A stretch of 64,000 bases of DNA from an uncultured Solirubrobacterales bacterium (GTDB lineage: Bacteria > Actinomycetota > Thermoleophilia > Solirubrobacterales > Solirubrobacteraceae), in NCBI GenBank assembly GCA_963815565.1, contig CAWFHB010000003.1, forward strand, positions 470,329 to 534,328. Direction: 5' to 3'. Below are positions 31,068 through 40,108 of the stretch, piece after piece (position 1 is the stretch's first letter; each line of letters opens with the position of its first letter). Under the pieces are notes generated by a model. It was not told the DNA's origin and ran no database searches. It saw only the letters and a list, made by a program, of their open reading frames with translations. The translations under genes were made by a program, and so were the position numbers.

Positions 31068-31784
31068 TCAGACGCGGAGGCGGGAGGAGCGCGACACGCA
31101 GCGCATGACGGTGCGACCGTGCCGGCGCGTCTTGCGGCTCACCTTGCCCTTCCGGCACCGCCGAGCGGCCTTCCGGGCCCGCTTCGACCGACGCCCGCTT
31201 GCTCGCGGCCTTGGACGGCTTCGGGGCGCCCTCGGAGCCCTCGACCGGGACGCGAGGCTGCGTCCGAGGCACGCGTGCCGTACTCCGCCGTGTAGGTCGC
31301 CGACGCCTGGCGGGACCCCAGCGGCGTGCCGGAGACCACGCCGACGCCGGTCTCGGTGAAGCGGCCGTTCAGGATGTTCTTGCGGTGCCCGGGGCTCGCC
31401 ATCCAGGCCGCGACGATCGCCCGCGGCGTGCCGCGCGAGCCCTCGCCCCACGCGAGGTTCTCGCCGATGAGCCGCCAGCCCGTGTAGGCCTTGAGGCGGT
31501 CGGTCAGCACGCTGCCCCCCGGGCTCACGTGCGCGAAGAACTGCTCCCGCACGAGCAGCCCGCTGTAGGACTGCGCGGCCGCCTCGAGGCGACCCTCCGG
31601 GACGGAGCGCCGGGAGCCCGGCGTCGGCGCGTTCGGCGTTCGTGAGGCAGACGATGGCCGCTCGGAGGCCGACCGTGTCCGACGAGCCGGCGGGAAGGTC
31701 CGCCCCGGGGCAGTCCGCGGCGGACGCGGGTGCCGCGCCGAGCAGGGCGATCGCGATGAAGGAGAGACAGATCTTGGAGCGCAC
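31068..31784 (-). CDS. Secreted CAP (SCP/Tpx-1/Ag5) domain protein with basic tail; two compensating frameshifts
   Basis: Signal peptide and CLTNAERADAGLPALR in one frame; FFAHVSP...GENLAWG...AWMASPGHRKNIL in ORF 31139-31552; Arg/Lys tail back in the first frame. Confidence 0.82.
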   Translation of the reverse strand: MRSKICLSFIAIALLGAAPASAADCPGADLPAGSSDTVGLRAAIVCLTNAERADAGLPALRPGGSPRGGRAVLQRAARAGAVLRAREPGGQRADRPPQGLHGLAAHRREPRVGRGLARHAAGDRRGLDGEPRAPQEHPERPLHRDRRRRGLRHAAGVPPGVGDLHGGVRHACLGRSLASRSRAPRAPRSRPRPRASGRRSKRARKAARRCRKGKVSRKTRRHGRTVMRCVSRSSRLRV

Positions 31785-31872
31785 CTTCTCCCTCTCGGCC
31801 CGTCAGGCCCGAGCCGCGCGCACCCCGCCGATCGCGTGGACGTTCGTCCTAGTACACGCTCTGGACGCTCGT

Positions 31873-32523
31873 CTACTCGAGCAGGCCGCGGCGCATCGAC
31901 TCGGCCACCGCAGCGGCACGATCGGAGACGCCGAGCTTCTCGTACAGGGACTTCAGGTGGGTCTTGACCGTCGACTGCGACAGGTGGAGCTGCTTGCCGA
32001 TGTCCGGGGCCGAATGGCCGTTCGCGGTCAGCACCAGGATCTCGTGCTCGCGCGGGGTGAGCGCGGGGCGCTCGTCACGCTCGCGGATCTGGATCTCGGA
32101 GGCGAGGCCCGCCTGCACCTCGGAGGAGAGGACGACCTCGCCGCGGGCGACGGCCGCGACGGCGTCGCAGATCCGGTCGCGGCTCGACTCCTTCGAGAGG
32201 TACGCGCCCGCACCCGAGGCGACCGCGCGGTAGACGGTCTCCGAGTCGACGTGCGCGGAGAGCAGGACGACCCGGGTCGGGACACCGTCCCGCTTGATCG
32301 CGTGGAGGACCTCGGAACCCTGCAGGCCCGGCATCTGGACGTCGAGGATCGCGACGTCCGGGGTGATCTGCTTGATCGCTTCGAGCGCTTCACGGCCGTC
32401 CTCCGCCTCACCGACGAGCTCGAACTCAGGGCGTGCCTTGATCGCTCGGGCGACGCCTTCTCGGTAGACCGGGTGATCGTCGGCGACGAAAACGCGGACG
32501 CGGGGTGCTTTGGCTTCGCTCAT
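31873..32523 (-). CDS. NarL/LuxR-family response regulator
   Basis: VFVADDHPVYREG, ILDVQMP, YLSK, LTPREHEIL...HLSQSTVKTHLKSLYEKLGV. Confidence 0.93.
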   Translation of the reverse strand: MSEAKAPRVRVFVADDHPVYREGVARAIKARPEFELVGEAEDGREALEAIKQITPDVAILDVQMPGLQGSEVLHAIKRDGVPTRVVLLSAHVDSETVYRAVASGAGAYLSKESSRDRICDAVAAVARGEVVLSSEVQAGLASEIQIRERDERPALTPREHEILVLTANGHSAPDIGKQLHLSQSTVKTHLKSLYEKLGVSDRAAAVAESMRRGLLE

Positions 32524-32534
32524 GTGACTGGGAC

Positions 32535-32969
32535 CTACCGCTCGGGTGCCACGTCCCGTGGTTCGGGCAGAGGCGCCGCCCACTCTACCCCGCGGCCCAC
32601 CCGGACCGCTTCCGCGCAGATCTCACGTCGCGACGCGGCCTTCGAGAGATACGCGTCCGCCCCCACCTGCCGGGCCCGCTCGACCACGGTCTCGTCCATG
32701 TACGCGCTGAGCAGCATGACCCTCGTCGTGAGCGACGGATCCGCGCTGCGGATTCGCCGGCAGACCTCGAGGCCGTCGAGCCCGGGCATCCGGACGTCCA
32801 GGACGGCCACGTCGGGCAGGAGCTCGACGATGGCCGCCAGCGCCGCGACGCCGCCGTCGACCTCGCCGACGAGCTCGAGCTCCTCGTGGGCGCGGATGGC
32901 ACGGGCCATCCCCGACCGGTACGCGTCGCTGTCGTCGGCGATCAGGATCCGCACCGGCCGTCGGTCCAT
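32535..32969 (-). CDS. Single-domain (receiver-only) response regulator
   Basis: ILIADDS, AVLDVRMPGLDG, LLSAY, YLSK; no output domain. Confidence 0.85.
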   Translation of the reverse strand: MDRRPVRILIADDSDAYRSGMARAIRAHEELELVGEVDGGVAALAAIVELLPDVAVLDVRMPGLDGLEVCRRIRSADPSLTTRVMLLSAYMDETVVERARQVGADAYLSKAASRREICAEAVRVGRGVEWAAPLPEPRDVAPER

Positions 32970-33018
32970 CAGAGGCGGGCGATCCTGCGATGGCCGACGC
33001 CGGCGGGCATCGAGCGGG

Positions 33019-33618
33019 CTAGCCGATCTTCTTGAGGTCGACGACGAACACCAGGGTCTCCCCACCCTTGATGTTGGGCGGCGATCCCGCCTCGCCGTAC
33101 GCCTTCTCCGCGGGGATGACGAGCTCACGACGCCCGCCCGGCTTCATGCCGACGATCCCCTCGTCCCATCCGGGGATGACCTGGCCCTGGCCCAGCGTGA
33201 ACGGGAACAGGTTCTCGTCGGTCTTCCAGGAGGAGTCGAACTCGCGGCCGTCGGAGAACGACGCCCCGACGTAGCGGACCGAGAGCGCGTCCCCGGACTT
33301 CGCGGCCTCGCCCTCGCCGACGACCAGGTCCTTGACGACGAGCGTCTTCGGCGCCTCCCCCTTCGGCTTCGGGATGCCCGGCTTCTTGTCGAGGTCCTGC
33401 GCGTTGGCGATCGGCTCGACGACGGTGCCCTCGGCGAACGTCTTCGCGGCGTCTTCGGCCGGCGCCGCCGCGGCGTCCGGGGTCTCCTCGGCGAGCGCGG
33501 CGGCGGGGCTGTCCCCGGAGCCGTCGGGGATGCCGGAATCCTTCAAGTCGCTGCCGCAGCCGGCGGCGCCGAGCGAGAGGGCGGCAAGGAGGGTCAGGGT
33601 CAGGTGACGGGGATCCAT
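33019..33618 (-). CDS. FKBP-type peptidyl-prolyl isomerase, lipoprotein
   Basis: Lipobox LGAAGC; VRYVG...EFDSSW, FTLGQGQVIPGWDEGI, IPAEKAYG, TLVFVVDL. Confidence 0.93.
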   Translation of the reverse strand: MDPRHLTLTLLAALSLGAAGCGSDLKDSGIPDGSGDSPAAALAEETPDAAAAPAEDAAKTFAEGTVVEPIANAQDLDKKPGIPKPKGEAPKTLVVKDLVVGEGEAAKSGDALSVRYVGASFSDGREFDSSWKTDENLFPFTLGQGQVIPGWDEGIVGMKPGGRRELVIPAEKAYGEAGSPPNIKGGETLVFVVDLKKIG

Positions 33619-33737
33619 GCGCGCATGGTCGCAGGCAGGCGCCGTCGATGCCCCACCGCGAACTGCGGTTTGATGGGAGCGTGCCGGCCGCGCCTCGTTC
33701 CGCTGAACTGCTCCGAGCGGCTGGCCGCCATTCACGG

Positions 33738-34817
33738 ATGGGCGTGCGTGAGCGGCGTGCGCGGCTCGTGATCCTCCTTCCGGCCCTGGTGCAGACGTCG
33801 GTGGCGGCGGGGTTGACCTGGCTTGCCGCCACCGAGCTGCTCGGGCACCCGGCGCCGTTCCTCGCGGTCATCGCGGCGATCATCGTGCTCTCGCAGGCCT
33901 ACGGCCAGCGGACCCGACGTGCGATGGAGTTCGCCATCGGCGTGGTCCTCGGGGTGGTCGTGGCCGACCTCGTGTTGCTCGTCTTCGGGACGGGCGCCCT
34001 GCAGATCGGGCTGATCGTGCTCGTCGCCACGGTCGGCGCGGTGTTGCTCGGCGCCGGGCGCGCGGTGGTCACCCAGGCGGCGACGACCGCGGCGCTCGTC
34101 GCGACGGTGAACGCCGACGTCGTGAACTTCTCTCGCGCGGTGGACGCCCTCCTCGGCGGCGCGGTGGCGCTGCTGGTCGCCTTCGTGCTGCTCCCGATCG
34201 ATCCCGTGAAGTTCGCCTCAGGCCACCGCGCGATGCTCTTGGAGCACCTGGCCGAAGCTCTGGAAGACATCGCTGCCGCGCTCGGGGCCGGCGACCACGA
34301 CCGGGCTGCGGACGCGCTCGCGTGTGCGCGAGAGCTCGACGGCTACGTGGCCGCCTTCGCGGAGGCCGCGATGGTCGGGCAGGAGATCGCTCGGGGCGCC
34401 CCGCTCCGGCGCCGGGCGCTCCCGGTCCTCAGGCGCAACGCGGCCGCGGCGGTGGGGCTCGATCGCGCCTGCGGGAACGTCCGCGTGCTGGCCCGCGGGG
34501 CGATCCGGGCGGCGGATCTCCACGCGCACGTCCCCGCCCCGACGGTCGCCGCGGTCCGCGAGCTCGCCGTCACGGTGCGGGAGCTCGGCCCCGCGATCGA
34601 CCGCCCGGCGGACGTCCCCGCGGTGCGGGCTCGGGCACTCGGCGCCGCCGCGCAGGCCTCCCTCGGCCTCGAGCAGACGACCAACCTCTCCGTCTCCGTC
34701 ATCGTCGGGCAGGTTCGTTCGACCGCGGCGGACCTGCTCGGCGTGCTCGGGGTGGACGCGGTCAGCGCGCCCGATGCGATCCGCGAGGCCGCTCGACGGG
34801 CCGCCGCCGACGCGTAG
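33738..34817 (+). CDS. FUSC / aromatic acid exporter family membrane protein
   Basis: VQTSVAAGLTW...APFLAVIAAIIVL...RAME...GVVLG N-terminal TM bundle followed by a helical cytoplasmic domain. Confidence 0.85.
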   Translation: MGVRERRARLVILLPALVQTSVAAGLTWLAATELLGHPAPFLAVIAAIIVLSQAYGQRTRRAMEFAIGVVLGVVVADLVLLVFGTGALQIGLIVLVATVGAVLLGAGRAVVTQAATTAALVATVNADVVNFSRAVDALLGGAVALLVAFVLLPIDPVKFASGHRAMLLEHLAEALEDIAAALGAGDHDRAADALACARELDGYVAAFAEAAMVGQEIARGAPLRRRALPVLRRNAAAAVGLDRACGNVRVLARGAIRAADLHAHVPAPTVAAVRELAVTVRELGPAIDRPADVPAVRARALGAAAQASLGLEQTTNLSVSVIVGQVRSTAADLLGVLGVDAVSAPDAIREAARRAAADA

Positions 34818-34821
34818 CGGC

Positions 34822-36057
34822 TCAGGCGAGCGGCCGCGTGGGATCAGCCGGGTCGTGCTCCACCACGCCGTGCGGTGCGCCGTAGTCGGCCAGCAGCTCG
34901 AGGAACGGCACCGCGTCGAAGGCCTCCGGTCCGAGCACCCCAACACCCGCCCAGACGTGCGTCTGGAGGAGTTCGAGGGCGATGACCGCGTTGATCGCCG
35001 TCTGCCAGACGACGGCTTGGCTGCCGTCCCGGGCCATCGTCTCCTCGTTGTCGACCACGTGGTGCAGGTAGGTCGCCCGCGGCCGGCCGTCCTTGCCGGT
35101 TCCGGTGACGAGCGTGCCCGCGCAGGTGCGGCCGCTCATCCGGTCGCCGAGCTCGGCCGGGTTGGGCAACGCGGCGGCGACGAGGTCGCGCGGAGCGACG
35201 GGGGTGCCACGGACGTCGACCGGTTCGGTCGCGTCGAGGCCGAGCAGGTGCAGCGTCTTCAGCACGCCGATGAACTCGTCGCCGAGGCCGTACTTGAAGC
35301 TCACGCGGTTGCAGTCCACCCAGCGCGGGACGAGCACGACCTCCTCGTGCTCGACGTTCACGCACTCGATCGGGCCGATGCCCTCCGGAAAGACGAACGT
35401 CTCGGGCTCGGAGAACGGCGCCGTCGTCCTGAAGCCGCCGTCGCGCTCCCAGATCAGCGGCGGGTTCAGGCACTCCTCGATGGTGGTCCAGATGGAGAAC
35501 GTCGGCGCGAAGTCGTACCCGGCGACGACCAGATCCGCGCCGTCGCGGACAGCGACCTCGTCGATGCTCTCGAAGAGATGGTCGGCCGCATAGCGGGCGA
35601 ACACGTCGGAGAGCCCCGGCTCGACGCCGATGCCCACGAGGGCCAGGCGGCCCGCCTGCTCCCACGCCTCACCTTGAGCGAACTGCGCGTCGCCGAGCTT
35701 CACGCCAGGCAGCTCGTGCGGCCGCTCGGGGTGCGGAGTCGAGAGGGTCATGGCCATGTCCAGGTAGGTGACATCCGCGCGCCCGGCCGCAGCGAAGATC
35801 GCCGGGTTCAGCCGCGGGTCGCAGGCGTTCAGCACCGCGTCGATGCGCTCGGCCTCGATGAGCGCGCAGATCGCGTCCGGGTCGGAGGCGTCGCAGGCGG
35901 CAGAGCGCACCCGCGGGTCACCCGCGCGCTCGGCTGCCAGCCGCGCCCGGTCCCCGTCGAGATCGGCGAGCACCATCTCCTCGAAGAAGTCCCGATGACG
36001 AGCGATGGCGGCTGCGGCGGCGCCCACGCCGCCGGCTCCGAGCACGAGGATGCGCAT
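34822..36057 (-). CDS. Saccharopine dehydrogenase family protein (possibly carboxy(nor)spermidine synthase-like)
   Basis: ILVLGAGGVG, YLDMAM, GIGVEPGLSDVFA, FSIWTTIEECLNPP, VEHEEV; TAGCGT 6 nt upstream. Confidence 0.85.
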   Translation of the reverse strand: MRILVLGAGGVGAAAAAIARHRDFFEEMVLADLDGDRARLAAERAGDPRVRSAACDASDPDAICALIEAERIDAVLNACDPRLNPAIFAAAGRADVTYLDMAMTLSTPHPERPHELPGVKLGDAQFAQGEAWEQAGRLALVGIGVEPGLSDVFARYAADHLFESIDEVAVRDGADLVVAGYDFAPTFSIWTTIEECLNPPLIWERDGGFRTTAPFSEPETFVFPEGIGPIECVNVEHEEVVLVPRWVDCNRVSFKYGLGDEFIGVLKTLHLLGLDATEPVDVRGTPVAPRDLVAAALPNPAELGDRMSGRTCAGTLVTGTGKDGRPRATYLHHVVDNEETMARDGSQAVVWQTAINAVIALELLQTHVWAGVGVLGPEAFDAVPFLELLADYGAPHGVVEHDPADPTRPLA

Positions 36058-36130
36058 CCGCTCACGCTACCGGGGCTCGGCGGAGCCAGGAAGGCAGAAC
36101 GCAACGCCCGCGCCAGGCCGCCTGGGCGCC

Positions 36131-36997
36131 TCAGACCGCGATGAGCACGACGCCGAGCACGGCCGCGATCACGCCGATCGCCTGCACGCGAGCGACCCGT
36201 TCGTGCAGCACCAGGATCGCCAGGCCGACCGTCACCAGGGGAAACAGCGAGCCGCAGACCGCCACGACGCTCAGCTGACCGCGCTCCGAGGCAAGGATGT
36301 ACATCAGGGTCCCGGCCAGCAGGAGGATGCCCGGCGAGATCAGGGCGAGGCGGGAGCCGAGGGTCGCGCGCGGGAACTCGGGCGGGTGGGCCAGGCTCTG
36401 GCCGCGGACGAGGACGAGCGCGACGAAGCAGACGACGATCGTGGAGCGTTGGATCGTGAGCGCCCAGAACAGCTCGCCGTCCGCGGCGGCGCCGGGGAGC
36501 GCTGTGAGCAGCAGGCCGAGCCCGAGCGCCGAGAACGCGGCGAAGAGCACGCAGCGGCGGAGATCCCAGTGATCGTGGTCGGCGTCGGTGCTCTCCCGGC
36601 GTGCAGCGAGGACCGCCCCGCCGATGGCCAGCACGATGCCCACGACCTGGAGCGTCCGCAGGGTGTCTCCGCCGACGATCCCGACGACGACGGGCAGCGC
36701 CGCCGCCGTCGCCCCGACCGGCGTGGCGACGCTGAGCGGCCCGTAGCGAACCGCTTCGTAGAAGAAGCCGAGGCCCGCGGCGTTCCCGACCCCGGCGAGG
36801 ACGGCGAGGCCGACTGCGCCCGCATCCGGCGTGGACTCCGAGGAGAGCGCGAGCAGCAGCACCGAGCCGACGAGCGCCGCAAGCTGCCCCGTCAGCAGAA
36901 CCGCGGCGATCGCGTGGCGGCGCATGAGCACCGGCGCGAGGAAGTTCGCGACGCCGTAGGCGAGCGACGTACCGAGGGCGAGGACGATCGCGAGCAC
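36131..36997 (-). CDS. EamA/DMT family transporter
   Basis: About 10 TM segments; GPLSVATPV and LSVVAVCGSLFPLVTVGLAILVLHER motifs. Confidence 0.88.
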   Translation of the reverse strand: MLAIVLALGTSLAYGVANFLAPVLMRRHAIAAVLLTGQLAALVGSVLLLALSSESTPDAGAVGLAVLAGVGNAAGLGFFYEAVRYGPLSVATPVGATAAALPVVVGIVGGDTLRTLQVVGIVLAIGGAVLAARRESTDADHDHWDLRRCVLFAAFSALGLGLLLTALPGAAADGELFWALTIQRSTIVVCFVALVLVRGQSLAHPPEFPRATLGSRLALISPGILLLAGTLMYILASERGQLSVVAVCGSLFPLVTVGLAILVLHERVARVQAIGVIAAVLGVVLIAV

Positions 36998-37035
36998 CGC
37001 CGGGAAGCTTCGCAGCCCTCCGGCGGGGACGGACT

Positions 37036-38191
37036 TCAGCGCTCGTCGAGCCGAGCGACCGCGGCGACGAGGCGGTCGACCTCGTCGAGGCTCGTGTAGT
37101 GCGCGGCCCCGGCGCGAACGGCACCCTCAGCGCTTAGGCCGAGGAGGTCAGCGAGCCCGAGCGCGTAGAAGGAGCCGGCGCCCACGGCGATCTGCTCGTC
37201 GGCGAGCCGCTCGGCCACCGCGGCCGGCGTATGCCCCTCCACCGTGAAGAAGGCGGTCGGCGTCCGCCGGGCGGGAGCGCCGAGGAGGCGGACGCCGGGC
37301 AGCGCCCCGAGGCCGCCGACGAGCGCCGCGGTGAGCGCGTCCTCGTGCTGCGTGATCGCCGGCCACCACGTCGCGGCCAGGTAGTCGGCCGCCGCGCCCG
37401 CCGCGGCGAGGAGCTCGAAGGGCTGGGTGCCCTGGTCGAAGCGGTCCGCGCCCACGTCCGAGGACGCACGCAGCTTGTCGACGGCCAGCTCCGCGAGCAG
37501 CCCGGGCGCGCCGCACAGCACGCCGAGGTGCGGGCCGAACCATTTGTAGGCCGAGCAGACCGCGAGGTCGCAGCCGAGCGCGGCGAGGTCGAGCTCGATG
37601 TGCGGCGCAGCGTGCACGGCGTCGAGGAAGACCCGGGCACCGACGCCGTGTGCGAGCTCGGTGATCGCGCGTACGTCGGTGATCGCACCGGCGACGTTGC
37701 TGGCCGCGGGGAACGCGACCCAGCGGGTGCGATCGCAGAGCTCGGCTGCGACCGCCTCGGGGTGGAGCTCGAGCGTGACGGGATCGGGGTCGACGACGCG
37801 GAGCGTCGCGCCGGAACGCTCGGCGGCGAGCTCCCACGGGCGGACGTTCGCGTCGTGGTCCAGGCGGGTGACCACGAGCTGGTCGCCCGGGCCGAGCGTG
37901 CGCTCGATCGCCCCTGCGACGCGGAAGGTGAGCGCGGTCATCGACGGACCGAAGACGACGCCCTCCGGGTCGGCGCCGAGCAGCGTGGCTACGGACGCCC
38001 GCGCCGTCGTCGGTGACCTCACGGGTCCGGCGGGAGGCCGGGAACGAGCCGCCGTAGTTCGCGAACGCACCGCTGCTCAGGTAGTCGGTCGTCGCGGCGA
38101 TGGCGGCGTCGACGGGCTGGGTGCCGCCAGGGGCGTCGAAGCGGGCCCAGCCGTCGGCCAGGCCGGGGAAGCGTTCACGGTTGAGGCCCAT
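37036..38191 (-). CDS. Cysteine-desulfurase-like PLP enzyme (class V aminotransferase), one frameshift near 38005
   Basis: RERFPGLADGWARFDAPGGTQ...ANYGG in ORF 37148-38248, continuing as LVVTRLDHDANVRPW, AASNVAG, LDAVH, CSAYKWFGPH in ORF 37036-38070. Confidence 0.88.
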
Positions 38192-38766
38192 GCGGGGATG
38201 GTCCCAGAACGCGAGAACCCCGCACGGGGGCGGGGTTCTCGACGACAAGTGGCGGGTCCAGGATTCGAACCTGGGAACTCAGAGAGGCAGCGTTTACAGC
38301 GCTGTGCGTTTGACCGCTTCGCTAACCCGCCGGGGCGCGTGAGGGTAGCGAAACCGCGCGCCAGCGCGGCGTCGAGCGGCGGCCCGGCCTCGACCTCGAA
38401 CTCGGCGTACTTCGAGCCGCCGACGCAGATGGCGGTGGTGGCCTGGATGTGGCGCGATGCGATCCGCCACCGTCGCCCGTCGACGGTGACCACGAACAGC
38501 ACATCGCATCGTGCCGGAGAGAAATGCTTGACGATCTTGTTCCACGACTGGTTGCCCCCGCGTGTGCAGACGGACACGATCCAGTTGCCGTGCCGCGAGC
38601 GTTGCCCGCTGGACTTGACCTGAACCGTGACCGGCCCGCTTCCGTCGTCGGCAATGAAGTCGTAGTCCGGGCTTCGCCCGAGCGGCACGAAGACGCAGGC
38701 GCCGCGCTGTTCGTACCACGCCCGCGCCGAGGCCTCGCCCAAGTCCCCTTGCTGCTGACGGTTCAT
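38077..38766 (-). CDS. PD-(D/E)XK endonuclease of the group-I-intron-associated (PDDEXK_5-like) family; ORF reads through tRNA-Tyr
   Basis: QQQGDLGEA...FVPLGRSPDYDFIAD...VQVKS...TRGGNQSW...CDVLFVVT; nuclease-like part ends near 38390 and the rest translates the tRNA and terminator. Confidence 0.85.
   Translation of the reverse strand: MNRQQQGDLGEASARAWYEQRGACVFVPLGRSPDYDFIADDGSGPVTVQVKSSGQRSRHGNWIVSVCTRGGNQSWNKIVKHFSPARCDVLFVVTVDGRRWRIASRHIQATTAICVGGSKYAEFEVEAGPPLDAALARGFATLTRPGGLAKRSNAQRCKRCLSEFPGSNPGPATCRREPRPRAGFSRSGTIPAWASTVNASPAWPTAGPASTPLAAPSPSTPPSPRRPTT
38212..38241 (-). terminator. Terminator hairpin downstream of tRNA-Tyr
   Basis: Perfect 12-bp stem CGAGAACCCCGC / GCGGGGTTCTCG with 6-nt loop. 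Confidence 0.75.
38250..38331 (-). tRNA. tRNA-Tyr(GTA)
   Basis: GGCGGGT/ACCCGCC acceptor stem with A discriminator, CAGCG-CTGTAAA-CGCTG anticodon arm, long variable arm, GGTTCGAATCC T-arm; uninterrupted. Confidence 0.97.
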
Positions 38767-38770
38767 GGAA

Positions 38771-38784
38771 CGAACATACGTTCG
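38771..38784. promoter_or_regulatory. LexA (SOS) box overlapping the leaderless -10 of the endonuclease
   Basis: CGAAC-ATAC-GTTCG, matching the Gram-positive/actinobacterial GAAC-N4-GTTC consensus; on the - strand TATGTT (38778-38773) lies 6 nt before ATG 38766. Confidence 0.8.
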
Positions 38785-38808
38785 CCGCCGGACGGATCCG
38801 GCGGCGAA
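38781..38808 (-). terminator. Hairpin terminator after the sigma factor gene
   Basis: Perfect 12-bp stem TTCGCCGCCGGA / TCCGGCGGCGAA with CGGA loop. Confidence 0.7.
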
Positions 38809-38819
38809 GCAGGCCCGCG

Positions 38820-39965
38820 TCAGCTGGCGTCGCGCAGCCGCTGCGCCTCGGGCAGCGACTCGAGCTTCTTCAGCGTGTGGTTCTCGATCTGGCGGATGCG
38901 CTCGCGCGTCACGTTGAAGGCACGGCCGACCTCCTCCAGGGTGCGGGGTCGCTGGCCGGTGAGGCCGAAGCGCATCTCGATGACCTCACGCTCCCGCTGC
39001 GGCAGCGCCGCCAGCGCACGGTGCACGTTCTCCTTGCGCAGGTTGTCGGAGGCCATGTCGAACGGGGAGACCGCGTTCTCGTCCTCGACGAAGTCGCCGA
39101 GCTCGGACTCCTCCTCCTCGCCGATCGGCTTCTCGAGCGAGATCGGCTGCTGGCTCATCCGGAGGATGTCGCGCACCTCCTTCTCGGTCACGTCGAGCTC
39201 GAGCGCGATCTCCGCCGGGCAGGGCTCGCGGCCGAGCGACTGCACGAGCTGGCGCTCGACGTGCACGACCTTGTTGAGCTTCTCGACCATGTGGACCGGG
39301 ATGCGGATCGTGCGGCCCTTGTCGGCGATGGCGCGCGTGACGGCCTGGCGGATCCACCAGGTCGCGTAGGTGGAGAACTTGTAGCCGCGGCGGTAGTCGA
39401 ACTTCTCGACCGCGCGGATGAGCCCGAGCGAGCCCTCCTGGATCAGGTCGAGGAAGGTCAGCCCGCGGCCGAGGTAGCCCTTGGCGATCGAGACGACAAG
39501 GCGCAGGTTGGCCTCGACCATCTGCTGCTTGGCGTCCATGTCGCCGCGCTCGATCCGCTTCGCGAGCGAGACCTCCTGCTGGGCGGTGAGCAGCGAGACG
39601 CGTCCGATGGAGCGCAGGTACAGCCGCAGCGAGTCGAGCGACGGCTCGACGGTGAGATCGATGGAGGCCTTCTTCGGCCCGTCCTCGGTCGGCTGCCGGC
39701 GGGCGCGCGCCGCGTTCTCGACCTTCTCCGACTCGCTCGTGGCGAGCTTGCCGGTCGCCCCGACGACGTCGATGCCGTGCTCGACGAGGTAGGCGTGCAG
39801 CTCGGTGATCTGCTCCTTGCTGACCTCCACCTCCTCGAGCGCGGCGGAGATCTGCTCGAAGGTGAGGACGCCCTTGTCCTGCCCCTCCGCGATCAGCGAT
39901 TTGAGCTCGTCCATCTCGACGATGGGTGCCTCATCCGCCAACAGCACTTCCGCTTTCGTGCTCAT
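38820..39965 (-). CDS. RpoD/SigA-type sigma-70 factor with region 1.1
   Basis: [16 protein letters not shown] (1.1), [11 protein letters not shown] (1.2), [14 protein letters not shown]...[26 protein letters not shown] (2.4), [21 protein letters not shown] (4.2). Confidence 0.95.
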   Translation of the reverse strand: MSTKAEVLLADEAPIVEMDELKSLIAEGQDKGVLTFEQISAALEEVEVSKEQITELHAYLVEHGIDVVGATGKLATSESEKVENAARARRQPTEDGPKKASIDLTVEPSLDSLRLYLRSIGRVSLLTAQQEVSLAKRIERGDMDAKQQMVEANLRLVVSIAKGYLGRGLTFLDLIQEGSLGLIRAVEKFDYRRGYKFSTYATWWIRQAVTRAIADKGRTIRIPVHMVEKLNKVVHVERQLVQSLGREPCPAEIALELDVTEKEVRDILRMSQQPISLEKPIGEEEESELGDFVEDENAVSPFDMASDNLRKENVHRALAALPQREREVIEMRFGLTGQRPRTLEEVGRAFNVTRERIRQIENHTLKKLESLPEAQRLRDAS

Positions 39966-40108
39966 GTCCGGCTCTCTCCTCATCCCTTGATCAGCCCCCG
40001 GCTCTCTCCTTCCGGCGGGCCCACTCTCCAACCCTTGCGGGTGTCTGAGTGATAGCACAACGAGAGCTAAAGACGGCCTTGACCTGACACCGTGTCCTCC
40101 GCTCCTGG

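Noticed and set aside
31642-33771. 709-aa + strand ORF
   Set aside because: Antisense shadow of the two response regulators and FKBP; no domain motifs
38250-38820. Group I intron hosting the endonuclease
   Set aside because: tRNA-Tyr and the sigma gene are both uninterrupted, and there is no room for an intron core around the ORF
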